Shown: positions 44,651 through 57,235 of the stretch, in pieces
Layout: the number at the start of each line of letters is the position of its first letter
How positions within the stretch are numbered: the stretch's first letter is position 1
Program-made: the position numbers and the translations under genes
Assembly: GCA_965203295.1 (NCBI GenBank)
Contig: CBDBCZ010000014.1
Span: forward strand, 288,001 to 352,000
Reading direction: 5' to 3'
Origin: Nitrospirales bacterium
GTDB taxonomy: Bacteria > Nitrospirota > Nitrospiria > Nitrospirales > UBA8639
DNA length: 64,000 nt
The notes under the pieces: model-generated
Database searches by the model: none
Told to the model about the DNA's origin: nothing
The model's input: the letters and a program-made list of their open reading frames with translations, nothing else

Positions 44651-47600
44651 CTTTGGAAATCCATGGTGCAACTACTACATACTTTGTCGCTTGCAGTATG
44701 AAAAGTGTGGAAGGCCTGGAATATTTTATCGTGTGCATGACGTTGGGGGTAGAGAGACTTTAGTTGAACGTGGGTGAATGATAGCAATGCCTACGCAAAG
44801 CTGAATTATCGAGCCGCTCGAGCACGAGGTTCTTTGCGATTGAGAACAGTTGCAATTCTGGCAGTCTTTGCAAAAGGTAAGTGTAGAAAAACGGTTGATA
44901 AAAGCCTGGGAAGGGTATTTATTCTTCTGCTTACCGTACCATTGCCTGAATCTATGAAGTACCATACTGGCGCCCTTCATATTCCCTGATTGCACAGCCC
45001 GTATCCAGTGAAGTTAGACGCCTATCTGTGCTGCTGCGTCGGAAACTTCCTGTCAACACGATTTCTCTGACTGTTTTCGCTGGTAGATCATTGGATCGTG
45101 CGTGGAGACCGCCATTGCGGTTTTGTTTACCCGCATGCAATTAAGGTCTCTCTACCTTACGTAATATTCATGTGATAGAATCTACCAGGCTTTCCACCTT
45201 TTTTCGTGGAGAGCCTGACGAGGCTAAGATTCAGGCAGGTCTGAGAAACCAGAAATATTACTACGGCCTAAAGTTTTATTTGTCTATAACTCCTCACAGA
45301 TATGGCCGAACAGAACCTGGAGCCACCCCCTGCCAAGAGAGGTAAATATCAAGTATCAGTAGGTGCAATTACTGAGACCTGTAGATCCTACTATTGCTAG
45401 GTAAAGATTTGCAATATAAATGTTTGTCCGTCCGTCATGGACATGATGTCTTGTAATCGCTTGCGATTGTATGGGAGTATGCGAGAGGTCCGCTACGTCA
45501 TCTAGTCTTCCTGACCTCTATATAGCTCTACTTGACTTCAGCCTGCAGCTTGGATAACTTGGCGAGTAGTTCTAGTGTGCCTTTGGGGGGAGAGGCTATG
45601 CCCGAACCTGGTGATTGTGATTGCCAGTTGCACAAGGATATCGTGCACTGGAGGGACAACTATTATTGGCAGGGTGCGCTGACCACAGGAGGGCTGATCG
45701 AGATCGACAGAGTACATGGATATGCTATACACACACACTTCTAGATATTATTACCATTCAACTGTGCTACTGTAGCAAAGGTGAAATGAGCAAAGTGAGT
45801 CAAGCTTGACTAACTGTCCAGGCAATGGGGACACTGTCTGCAGGAGGGCTGCTTGAGCTCGACAAAGCTACTGTTTAAAAATTCGATAGCTAAGTCGAGT
45901 GACCTGGGTGCGAGTAAAGCAAGTCGCTGAAGTGAGCAAAGCGAGCCAGCTACGTACTTGTAATTTGTGTACTGAAAGTTGCAATCAGTAAAAAGGTGTA
46001 CGTACGGTCCAGTAGGACGTACATATTATGCATTCATTTTGACTCCATTCCATATTGTAGGCGTACCTTCACGTAATACTATTGCGCAATGAAATTAGTG
46101 CCATGTGTACAGTACGATGACAGTTCGTACTACTGTTTTTTTTGTTTAGTTTGGATTCAAGTGTGAATAGAAGCAGAGTATCTGCGATAGAAGAAGAATG
46201 GCTCGATGTCTTTTTTGCACCACGAGGCGTTACCGTAATTATGGTGGTCCAATATTTTGTAACAGTAAATTGCATACTATGCTGTAGCACTACGCGTACT
46301 TCTTGTGTAAATCATGTGTACTTCGGGCTTCCATACCAGAGTACTGCGCGAGCACTATTGGCATGATACTTAATCTTTTGTTGACCACAACTGTATTACT
46401 GTATTCTTGCCTGCAGTGGCGAGAGAGGAGTCGCCGGACCTCGATCCAGTCATTATTGTTCGATTCTACAACAATGACGAAATAAGGGACGTGTGTGCAT
46501 CATCCCCATTAGGGATGCGGCAGGAAGTGAGTGCTAGATGCAGTACTTACAAATTATCTACAGGGTTTTTACCCTGCACCCCCTATGTATGTGGAGGCAG
46601 GGTTAAGCAATTGAGTTACATCACATAGGTGTGGTAAGCCTCGTGGGTGTTTCTCTTGTGGAATGGTTACTGATGAGTGTGCATGTACTATGCACCTATA
46701 TCATGGAGTACGGTATTCCATATGTAGGGATGGCACGGGAAAAAAATGGCGCCCCCATATAAAGCGTACAAAATCATACGCTCAGAACTCGGCTCTGATT
46801 ATAGTCATAGGCTTTTATGAGCCATATCATGACATCTCGAGTGTTTTTAAATTACGCTTGCTATCTCAAATCTGAGTATGCGAAGTGCACCACGTAAGGT
46901 ACGTCACACTGGTCTTAGCAGGCACAATCCACACCCGCAGCGCTGCAGCTGCTACACGACTGAAGCAGGTCAGTATTATGTCTCATGAATTATTAATAAC
47001 ACACCGACAAGGTAGAGATGTAGTCTCGCGGGGCCAGACTCTCGACGTAAAGTTAGAGTCTGCGGTACAGCACCTAATTGTCGCCCACCGATGAACCTCA
47101 ATTATCCGCCACTGATTTGGGGCATATTCTTATTATCCAATTGTGTTTTAGGAAAGTAGATTCTCGAAGTGTGATGTGTGTGCAGCCATCAAAGTAGCCC
47201 GAGAGAGGACCCTCAACCCCACTGTGAGAAGGTGGCTCAGTGAAATTCTGGATGAACACATACAACTGGAGAAGTAAGCTTTGTAGATGTGTTATCACAC
47301 TACACAGACATTCACTTCACATTATAATATGTTGATGACAGCTGTGACGTACCGTCTAGCGGGTAATTTTCGTGGGGTGAAAATTTTCATTAATTTCGGG
47401 GAGAGCATAAAAGTTACGAAATTTGGCACTCACAAATATTAGCGCTGTAGCCTAAGGCTCCGACTGCCACAGCAAAGGGATCGGCATGGTTGCCATACAT
47501 GTCCAGTGTTGCCTACAACTGTCCAGGATTCTTCAGACAGTCTGAGATATTCCTATCAGGCTTGGGAGGACCTGGGGTCCCAAAGGACATTCCCTAAATA

Positions 47601-47734
47601 TCCCATACTCTCCTTGTTTGTCCCATGTATACACAGACTTCTCCACACATCCCAGGATTCTTCATGAATGTCCCAAGTACATATAGCACTCCACACACTG
47701 TTGGGAGAATTGGGAGGATCCCAAAGGCTATCCC

Positions 47735-48592
47735 AGGACCGGGGGGAGAATCTGAAGAGCAACGTTGGAGCCGGATTGCCCAGAAGACACTAAATCCCAG
47801 GTGTAGGGCTCTGAGGGGTTCGAGTGCGTGATTCTCAGAACAGTCTTCAGCCTGCCTGAACACTCCAGTTGCTTGTACCCCGTTGGCATTAGCCTGAACA
47901 CTCCAGTTGCTTGTACCCTGTTGGCATTAGCCTGAACACTCCAGTTGCTTATACCCTGTTGGCATTAGCCTGAACACTCCAGTTGCTTGTACCCTGTTGG
48001 CATTAGCCTGAACACTCCAGTTGCTTGTACCCTGTTGGCATTAGCCTGAACACTCCAGTTGCTTGTACCCTGTTGGCATTAGCCTGAACACTCCAGTTGC
48101 TTGTACCCTGTTGGCATTAGCCTGAACACTCCAGTTGCTTGTACCCTGTTGGCCTTTCAAGTTCTTTCGTGAAATGGTTATAATCAGAATGAAAAGCACT
48201 AAAGTCTAAAAGGGAGACGGAAGGGAAAAAAAAAGAAGCAGTGCAAACAGATGTTCACTCAGCCACCACCAGGCCAGGTGGGGGTGCAGATGCAGACTTG
48301 TGATTTCACTTCAGTTCAGCTTGCTAGTCGGATCTCCGCTGTTACGCGTGCGCGTACGTATAATTCTAATACGCGCGGCGTGCGCACGTACGTATACTTG
48401 CGTAGACAGTTCGCGTACGAATAATTATACACGTACGCACATGCGTAAATTACGAGCGCTGTTCTACGCGTGTTTACGGACGAAATGTGCGCATTATGCG
48501 CAAAGTTTTACGCAATTCAGTACAATAGCGTTTACGTAACCACGCTTATATTCACGTGCGAGCGCACATTAGCGTTAACTTTTTCGCACGGG
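47735..48592 (+). mobile_element. Right-end remnant of a CACTA-like element (BEN-like ORF end, 38-bp minisatellite, CG/TA-rich subterminal repeats, TIR)
   Basis: GESEEQRWSRIAQKTLNPRCRALR is homologous to 62917-63035; ends in tttcgcacggg. Confidence 0.7.
47854..48153 (+). repeat. 38-bp minisatellite, about 8 copies
   Basis: gcctgaacactccagttgcttgtaccctgttggcatta repeated head to tail with no spacers. Confidence 0.95.
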
Positions 48593-49634
48593 GGTTGGAA
48601 GTGTGCTAGCCATACCACCCAATCCTGATTTAGCGTCACAGATTACTGTCCAGTGGATGGCACCAGAGAAAGCACCTCACAAGTCAAAGTGGCTTAGATT
48701 CTTTAAGCCCACAGAATCAACTGGGACTATTTCTTTTGCTGACATTGTGCTGTACAATTTTAATCTTTTCAAATTATCGTGATCACCCCATTTGTTACAC
48801 CTATAGCAATATCCGTAATAATGTTACTTCAACAAACTTGTGGTCAAATACTAGTGCTTTTGATGCTACCACCTGGAGTTTGTAGCTGACAGTTCTTCTT
48901 GGTGTGAATTCTGGATGGTTCACATCAAAAGAAAAGAAAAGAAAAGGCACGGAATTTCGCCGGTTTTACAGGAATTCCAAAGAAATTCTTATTATTTGCA
49001 GCATTGTAACAGAGCCCCACAGCTCCGTTCTATTCTGTTCTATCAAGCAATATGCCCACCTGTTAATTAACGAACTCTTTCTCCCATACATGTGTACACT
49101 CCCCCCTTTCTGGGAGGAAACATAGGTGCCCAAAGAGGAAAACAAAGTGTAAGTGAACAAGGGTTTTTGTTGTTTTTTTTCCTGGCATGTACTGAACATG
49201 TACAGTGCAGGAAAACTTCCTTCACTTGTCCCTTTTTGGTTCAGTTTGACAGTGCATACATCACTTCTGAGGTGGGGTAGTGCCGGAAAACTTCCTACAC
49301 ATAACTTGTGATTTTCTTTTCTTATTTCCTTTGGAATATGTTCCTGGTGGCCTCAGAGTTAGGGGTAGGAGGCAGCAGGTATGCCTTACAGGGAATGGGT
49401 AGGGATGTAGACCATGCTCTCTTCCGGGAGTCGGATTTCCTATACATGATCCCTGAGGAGTTAGGCAATTCAGTAAAGGTACAGTAAGTAGGCCTGCTAT
49501 AGTTTTCAGAGCTTTTATGATACCAGATCTACACTCCAGAAAGGGGATTACCTAAATCCATCGAAGGTACCTACATTGTGAACTCTTCAAGAGAAGAAAG
49601 CTTTCTGAGAGAGTAAAGAAATCCCGAAAAATCG

Positions 49635-49708
49635 GGACCCAGCTGGGGATTGAACCCAGGACTTTCTGAATACTAGTCAGATGCTCTTACCAATTGAGCT
49701 ACTGGAGC
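49635..49708 (-). tRNA. tRNA-Thr(AGT)-like gene, pseudogene or SINE head (copy 1)
   Basis: GCTCCAG TA GCTC AATTGGTAA GAGC A TCTGA CTAGTAT TCAGA ... CTGGG TTCAATC CCCAG CTGGGTC; one acceptor-stem mismatch; a T5 run lies just downstream. Confidence 0.6.
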
Positions 49709-49988
49709 CCCCTTGGCAGAGGAGCAGTAGGCAAGCTTTATATAGCCACTTAACCTGCTAGTAGCACTTGCCAGTAGGACCCAGCCAATTCCAACTGTAA
49801 TTACTCTCTCATTATAGGCCTCTCCCCCATCTAAACACGAGAAACGTGCTACACCCAAACTTAGCCTGGATCAGTCTGCCGGGGTAATTAAACCACCAAA
49901 GACACAGAACTGAAAACTAAGTACGCACATTGTGAACTCTTCAAGAGAAGAAAGCTTTCTGAGAGAGTAAAGAAATCCCGAAAAATCG

Positions 49989-50062
49989 GGACCCAGCTGG
50001 GGATTGAACCCAGGACCTTCTGAATACTAGTCAGATGCTCTTACCAATTGAGCTACTGGAGC
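49989..50062 (-). tRNA. tRNA-Thr(AGT)-like (copy 2)
   Basis: Same cloverleaf, 354 bp from copy 1. Confidence 0.6.
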
Positions 50063-50283
50063 CCCCTTGGCAGAGGAGCAGTAGGCAAGCTTTATATAGC
50101 CACTAAACCTGCTAGTAGCACTTGCCAGTAGGACCCAGCCAATTCCAACTGTAATTACTCTCTCTACGGCTCATGTGGGAAGTCCAACTCCCAGAAGAGG
50201 GTGGGTCTTAGGGTAGGGTTAAAGATAGGACAGGAGGTGGCATGAGATATTCAAAGCCCACTCAGTTAGAGGTGCTTCTACGT

Positions 50284-50900
50284 TAGTCTCGTACCCAGAC
50301 CCTTCCCTCCCACCATGAAAACTGGCAACTTTTGACGCGTTTGCGTGTGCTCTGTAGGAAGTCTACAGAGCCAATTATTTGCAGAATGTCATGGGATTGC
50401 ACGTAAAGAATGCAATTATTGAAATCATAGATAATATATCTATGCTGAAATGCTCCACGTGCGAATGCAAAGGCTACTACTTACAAGGAGTACGCTACCT
50501 CTCTGCGATCAAAGTAGCTGCCAGGCGGCAGGGGTACCAGCTATGGCCGAAACGGGAAGAAGCCGTCGTGAGTATTGTAAGCGGTCGGGATGTGTTTGTG
50601 TTGGAAGCCGCTACCATACCCAGAGCAAGTAACAAGCGTCCTCAGCTCCTTCCGTGCGTAGCTAGATGATGGACTGTATAGTCGCCTGCGTTTTGTCGAT
50701 GGTGCGCCTCTGAATGCAACAATTGCACTTGCACAGTTTGAATAATTGAATTCCATACTCGTGACATGTGACGTATTTGCTGAGTCAGCACATTCCAGCC
50801 GCACGTAAGCAGTCAACAAAAGAAACCAGACTGTTTCTTTCTGTGCCGGATACTGTAAGCGATCCGGTGCTGGGTTGATTAGGTCTGGCTTACGAGACTA
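50284..50900. mobile_element. AcademH-like element with a RecQ-like helicase N-terminal remnant
   Basis: tagtctcg...cgagacta with 9-bp TSD cttctacgt; GYQLWPKREEAVVSIVSGRDVFVL. Confidence 0.8.
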
Positions 50901-51779
50901 CTTCTACGTCAGCTCCAGCCTTGTTTGCAGTCCCGCAATTTTTTTGATTATACAAAAGGGAAAATCACAGGGCCTGGTATCTAAAGTCAGGTGACCAAAT
51001 TACAATGTACATCACTATCCTGTTCAAAAGACGGCTGCGTCTCTCAGACTTTCAGTGGTCTGTGGCACAAACAGGCTGTAAAGTAAAGAACTGTAGGTCC
51101 GGTACCTTTACTCATTTGTCTGAGAATTGCAACACAATCTGAAGGGACCAAAACCAAACCCTTGACTAATGTTTTTTTGTACCCAACAGGCAATGGTTAC
51201 CAGACTACAGGGGGAGGGGAGGAAGGGGGAATACCTGAGGGGGGTATAGCAGAGCGGAAGTGATCAAAGAGTGTGATAAAGTGTGATAGCAGAATAGAGG
51301 TAAGAATACTAAATCAAGCTGTTCCCTAGTAATTATGTCCACAGAAAATTAAAACACAAAGTCTCGGAGTTAAAATGGACACTAGTCTTACTTTGCTCAT
51401 ACTGGCTAGACTGCACGGCTCTCTGCACTGGCACGGACGTACACATCTTTAGCTGCTTGAGAGGTGAGGATTATGTAGCAGTCGCCTCCGAAGTAATAGT
51501 CAGCAAAACCATCCCGTTCCTTGACCTCAAAAAGGTGAGCCCGGGACTCGAAGTACTTTCTGGTGAGGCAGGCATTGCACATTTGAGAACGCCAACTGAT
51601 CTTCTTGCTCTCTCGGAGGTCGCTCAGGAAGGCCATCCGGTTGTGCACAGATGTGCGCAACCTCACGCTGCCTGTCGCTCGACTACTAACGCTCACGTTG
51701 TTACGCAAACAGAACACCGCGAAAAGTATACCGTTACAGCGTACTTGCGCGTAGAACTTTACACGGGATATCTGCTGTA

Positions 51780-52380
51780 GGTCGAAAGAGCAATGATTCA
51801 TTGTCACCTGTCTATGTACCAAATGTCTTTTCTTTCACTACATCTCAAAAGAAAAGGGAAGCTGAGCAGTTTTAGAAGATATGAAGCAGCTAAGCGAAGG
51901 AGAGAGAGCAAGGACACGATTGAAGCCGCCAGTGCTTTGCTAGAAATTGGTTGCTCAACTGATCACAATCAGGAAGAAGCTATTGTGTACCCACCTAACA
52001 CAGTGTGTATTGGTACCCAGACTGACTTGACAACAGTGGACCTGGCTAATTTGAAAAACGACTACCAACAAAGAGTGAAAGACCTTTCAGAAGTACATGG
52101 TGCAAAAGGATATCCTAACCAAGATGGATGACGAAACACTCCTCCATTACTACACTGGTGTGAGCAGCTTCACTGTACTTACGGCTGTGTTTAACTTAGC
52201 ATCTGCTGCAATCCATGAGACTTCAGTAACCAAGCTTGCAAAATTCCAGTGCTTTATTCTCACATTGATGAAGCTGCGACTAAATGTGAGTAATTACGAT
52301 CTTGGCCTCTGGTTAGGCATAAGTACATCCACAGTGAGTGGAGTATTTTCAAGGTGGATTGAAGCCATGGACATTCGGCC
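51780..52380 (+). mobile_element. Degraded THAP + HTH transposase fragment (Harbinger/ISL2EU-like)
   Basis: KSNDSLSPVYVPNVF (THAP end), YYTGVSSF, ILTLMKLRLNVSNYDLG..ISTSTVS..F..WI. Confidence 0.75.
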
Positions 52381-52559
52381 ACAAAAGGGCCGGCCACGCA
52401 ATGCGCAGTACGCAGTATAATTGCATTCCTAAGCGTGACACGTATGCTTGCTGAGATACTATGCAGGATTAGTTGCCTCGCGCTAAGGCGCTCGGCAATT
52501 ATGCTGCTGTCTACCCAACACAAGACGCTGCTACTGTGGATGAAAATCAGGCTACCGAG

Positions 52560-53590
52560 GGACATGAGGGAGGGAGCTGCTTACAAAGTGCAGCAGACTG
52601 CCAGGGTAAGTGAAATGATGATGTATTACTTAGACTTATACATGTACGTAATTACTTGTCGTTGCATAAATGCAGGAATTGCAGAATCCCAAGCTATCAC
52701 CTGATCTAGTTGATGGTGAATTAGCTGACTCACATACAGTGTGTAATAAAGACATTGGATCAAAGCAGCAGCTTCAAAATTGGATACGTATGTGGCCGGT
52801 GATGTGGCCACCTTTTTATTGTGCGAAGAAGTGGCCACATTGATATGTGTCAACCACTGTATCAGTAAGTGGTTTGATGTAGTGTGTTTGATACCTACAT
52901 CTCAGAAATCTTTGCCCACGACTAAATGAGACTATTCCAAGCAGACGTTCAGTTTCTCTCTTCCGCTAACAAAAAAAACTCCCCTAGGTGCTAATTAGCT
53001 CCATAAAGTGTAGAGAAACATAGCCATCGGTCCCTCGTGTAATGATGACACAATAAATTTCCCTTCCTGCTGGTCAGAAGGTCTAGCTCAAGTCTTCCTG
53101 ATCGCCCTTACATGGTTGATCTCTGCCCTAGGGCATTTCAGTCGGGAGCAACGTAAAAATGTTGTGCTCTCATATGACAACATGTGCCGTGTGGATAATC
53201 TTCGTGGTGCACGAAAGCTCCTGCCCCTGCCTGGCGACCTCAGTCATATTAGGCTGGATATTAAGAAGATAATCGACTCACTGCACATAAAAAATCACAA
53301 GGACCAAAAGATGTCATGAACTGTATAATCCTGACAACCTGAAGCAAAGCCATCCTGAGATGAACACTATGTGTTGCAAGCAGATATCCTGAGATGAACA
53401 CTATGTGTTGCGAGCAGATATCCTGAGATGAACGCTATGTGTTGCAAGCAGATATTTGCCTGGCATGGCAGAACCAAAAAGATTGTTTGCATCATGGGGA
53501 AGTGTCATCATCATTTCTATCTGCATAGAATGGTCAAGAGAAGAAACAAGTATACAGGGTTTTGTTACCAGAACAATTGGTGTCCTATTT
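52560..53590 (+). mobile_element. Degraded, intron-containing KDZ (Kyakuja-Dileera-Zisupton)-like transposase fragment
   Basis: SGHIDMCQPLY|SEGLAQVF, SYDNMC, IDSLHIKNH, NTMCCEQ, HHHFYLHRM. Confidence 0.65.
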
Positions 53591-55424
53591 AGTCTAGAAG
53601 GCCCGTGGTTAGCTTGAAATAATGTTCAGACTATTACATGTACATGTATTATATTATTGTGATATAATAATATAATATCCAGTATATTGACCATCTAGAT
53701 CTCCTACATAATGGAGCATGAATGATTTAAGGAACTCCTGAGGGAGGCAGCATCCCACAACTCATTGTGCCTAGCTCCGAGAGCACTTTCAACTTCAATT
53801 CCCTGTCCTGTCTCTAGTATGGCAATGCAGACGGAGATTACGTCACAGCTAAAATGCGCATGCGCAATAATGCAGATTCTGAACATGTGTAACCCCAGGT
53901 TACTGAACACACACTTGGACAATAGATAATGTTACTTGATGTATGTTCTGCCCTAAGTCTTGTTTATGATTTATGTATTAGTTGTCGGCTAGTCTGTTTT
54001 GTTAGGCCTTAGGGGCCATGCATTGTCTCTATTGCTATAAAAGTGCTGTCCTGTATGTCTGAAAAGGGAGAGAGAAGAAAGAGAACTAAGTGCTGCTGAA
54101 AAGAGAAATAATTGTTGCTGTGAAAGAGACGTTCACTGCATGTGCGATCGCAGAGCGAGAACCCGGCCACAACACATGCAAAGTCTGGAACTGGTACGAA
54201 TCAGAGGTGTGTAACTCCACGCCTTCCTTTTTGCCACCTCCTTGCAAAGTGCAGTTTGTCTCTCCTAAGTTCTCTTTGCGTGCGATCACAGTAGATCATG
54301 GGGAGACAGTTGGTTTGAGAGCAGGATGCCTGTATCACAGTGACATCGTCGCCGGGCCTCATCGTGGTCGATGGTGAGATTGGCGTTATGAAGAAGGGAA
54401 GCTTTTTTGCTCACACGAACTTCGTTTTTGAGGTTACCTGCGTCGTTTATTCCCCTGATGGAGTCAGTATACCTATGAACGGACATCTCTATAGGATTCG
54501 TACTAAGGAGGGAGTGGAGAGGTTGGTTGATGTGGTTTTATATAGTATTAATGTTATAGCTGTTACAATAGGTGTACATAATTATGATTACAGAGCATTT
54601 GCAAGGGCTGTGTTAAATTAGAAGGGATGCATTACATCTAGTGCTGATTCTTTCTTTCCTCTAGAGAGAGCTTCATCGGCAGTGAAGACGCTTCATGTCT
54701 GAGAGCATTCACACGGATTGCTGGTTGCACCTTGAAAGGTACGTGTTCGTGTAGTGATGCTATGTGGGGGCAGTATAATAGCAGCTGTTATTGGGGTGAG
54801 CTTTTGGACTTACGTTCTGCTAGATTAGAATGCCTATTCCTCTTATGCAGGAATGCCCAAGCTTTCGAAGAAGTGCTGGATATTGCTCCAAAGTTTTGGT
54901 GTGTTCAGTTGGCCGGCAACCAAACACCGATACCTGGGTACTTGGACCAGATGTGCAGATTGATGGCCAAGGCATGCTGATACCTCTACATCAACACAGA
55001 AGGCTGAAAAAAAACTTTTACTGTAATGACTGTTATTAATATTGATTTCTTTATGCATATACATAAATCTTGTATAGCTGCTATTATTAACTACATGTAC
55101 TTTATGGATTTTTTCACATAACTTGTAGCTGTTAAATCACTATCAAGATGTCAGTACTTTAATACTGAACCGAGATGTTTTTTAAAGAAAGTTGGGGAGT
55201 AACGAGGCTAATGGTGAGTATGATTAACCACTGAAACAGTCTGCAATCAAAACCACCGAAACCATCAAACCACCTAAACCATCGCAACCTTCAGTCAATA
55301 CCATTGTAACCATTAAAATCTCCAAAACCTCCAAAACCATCGCAACCTTCAGTTTCAAACATCAAAATCATCAAAACCTTTCATCAAACCTCCAAAACCA
55401 TGTACACCCATCTTGCCAACAGGT

Positions 55425-57200
55425 AAGGGAGTCCTAAGGTGATCTTGGAGTTGAAGCCAGGTGCACTGGTAGCCAAGCTGAATATCAAACACGCCTACCG
55501 GAATGTGCTGATGCACTCACAAGATTGATGGTTACTCAGCATGCAGTGGCAAGGCCAGTATTATATTGATACAGTGCTCCCATGCGGACTACGGTCGGCC
55601 TCCAAGATATTTTGTGCTATCTGAGATGGTGTGGAGTGGATTCTGCTCCAGTGGGAGTGGCTCACGTAGTTGAGTACATGCATTATTTCCTGGTGGCAGG
55701 GCCAGTGGACGCACCCACATACCAAGACAGCGTGACCGAGATGCACACCCTATGCAGGGAGCTAGGGCTTCCTCTTGAAATGGACAAAGCCCCTTTTTGG
55801 GGATCATGCTGGATTCTGAGGCTATGCAAATTTGCCTCACCTGGCGAAGTTGCATGGATTGCAGGTTGAGCTGGAGCGGTGGAGCGAAAGGAAGGCCTAC
55901 AGGAAGAGAGAGCTGTTGTCACTCATTGGACGAGTGGAAGGTGGTTCCAGCCAGCAGGTCATTTATGCAGTGCATGATCAGTCTGTCAACAAGAGCGCAA
56001 TTACTGGAACATTGTGATACGGCTCGATGCTGGCTTTCACTCTGACCTGGCATGGTGGATAGGCCTGAGCTAATTATTCACTCAAACTTGCCTATTATTC
56101 AAATTCTTTGTTCTTGCCTTTCTTCCCTATTATTCAAGTGACCCAACCCAATCACTCAAATGATTATGACCTAAATATTCAACTTGAAGGAAGTTTTGGT
56201 GGTGGTGTTCGATGCAAAACCTTACACACACATCCTTCTTACGTTTATATGTAAGATCGGAGGCTTTTGGGGCCTTTAGTGCCTCTAGGAACAATACAGG
56301 GTTGATGATATAGCTAGCCTGATTCTGGGATACAGCCTCTTTCTCCATCAGTACTGAGTCATTGACCCATGCGGTGCGGTTCAAAGGTCACGCCTAAATG
56401 GTAAAGTGTGCTTGAACAAACCAAATTTTTGCTTTTCTTACCGATTATTCAACATTTCGAAAATCGGCCCTATTATTCAAAATTTTATTCGCAAATAATT
56501 AGCTCAGGCCTAATGGTGGCGGTTGTTTTAGGGGCACTGGAACGGAAGACTCGGTGTTGTCCGCTAGATTTGTCCAAGTCAACCCTGGCACCACGGTGTT
56601 CACTGATGCCTCCGGGAGGGGGTGCGGTGGCCAATGGGGGGATGAGTGGTTTCAGTTTGAATGGCCTAGAGAATGGGCCGAGAAATCCATTGCCTTGAAG
56701 GAGTTGGTACCGGTGGTTATGGCATGTGCCATGTGGGGGCGTCAGTGGGGCCAACGATGGGTGCGCATTCGCACTGACAATAGGTCGGTGGTTGATGTAA
56801 TGCACAGCTACTCGAGCCAAGACTCAGATATCATGCACCTCTTGAGGTGTGCATTGTTTATTGCCGCATGTCAGCTGCGGGTGGAGCACATTCCGGGAGT
56901 CCTGAACACTGCTGCTGATGCCCTGTCCCGTAACTCCCTACAGGTGTTCCGGCAGTGTGTCCCCTCAGCCTCCAAGCAGCCCACGCCCATCCCTACGGCA
57001 GCCATGCAGATGCTGGTGCAGGAGCAGCTAGACTGGCTCTCTCCCTCGTGGAGGAACATGCTGACTGCTATCTGAAGAGGGGCATAGCACCAACCACAGC
57101 AAGGTCTTACAGAACAGCCCAGTCCCGCTACTTGCTATTCTGCCCCTGATTTGGCCTGTTATTTTTGCCTGCATCAGAGCAAACCCTCATCGTGTTTGTA
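55425..57200 (+). mobile_element. Degraded DIRS/Ngaro-like retroelement (RT, RNase H, start of tyrosine recombinase)
   Basis: AKLNIKHAYRNV, YYIDTVLPCGLRSASKIF, VFTDASGRGCG..IALKEL..RTDN..HIPGVLNTAADALSR, GIAPTTARSYR. Confidence 0.85.
56060..56512. mobile_element. hAT-like MITE nested in the DIRS-like element
   Basis: taggcctgagctaattatt...aataattagctcaggccta with 8-bp flanks atggtgga/atggtggc. Confidence 0.8.
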
Positions 57201-57235
57201 CCAGCAAGAGCTTTTGTAAGGACAAAATTTTCGTG

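Noticed and set aside
47854..48153. 38-bp repeats as a CRISPR array
   Set aside because: Units are contiguous with no unique spacers, there are no cas genes, and the context is eukaryotic.
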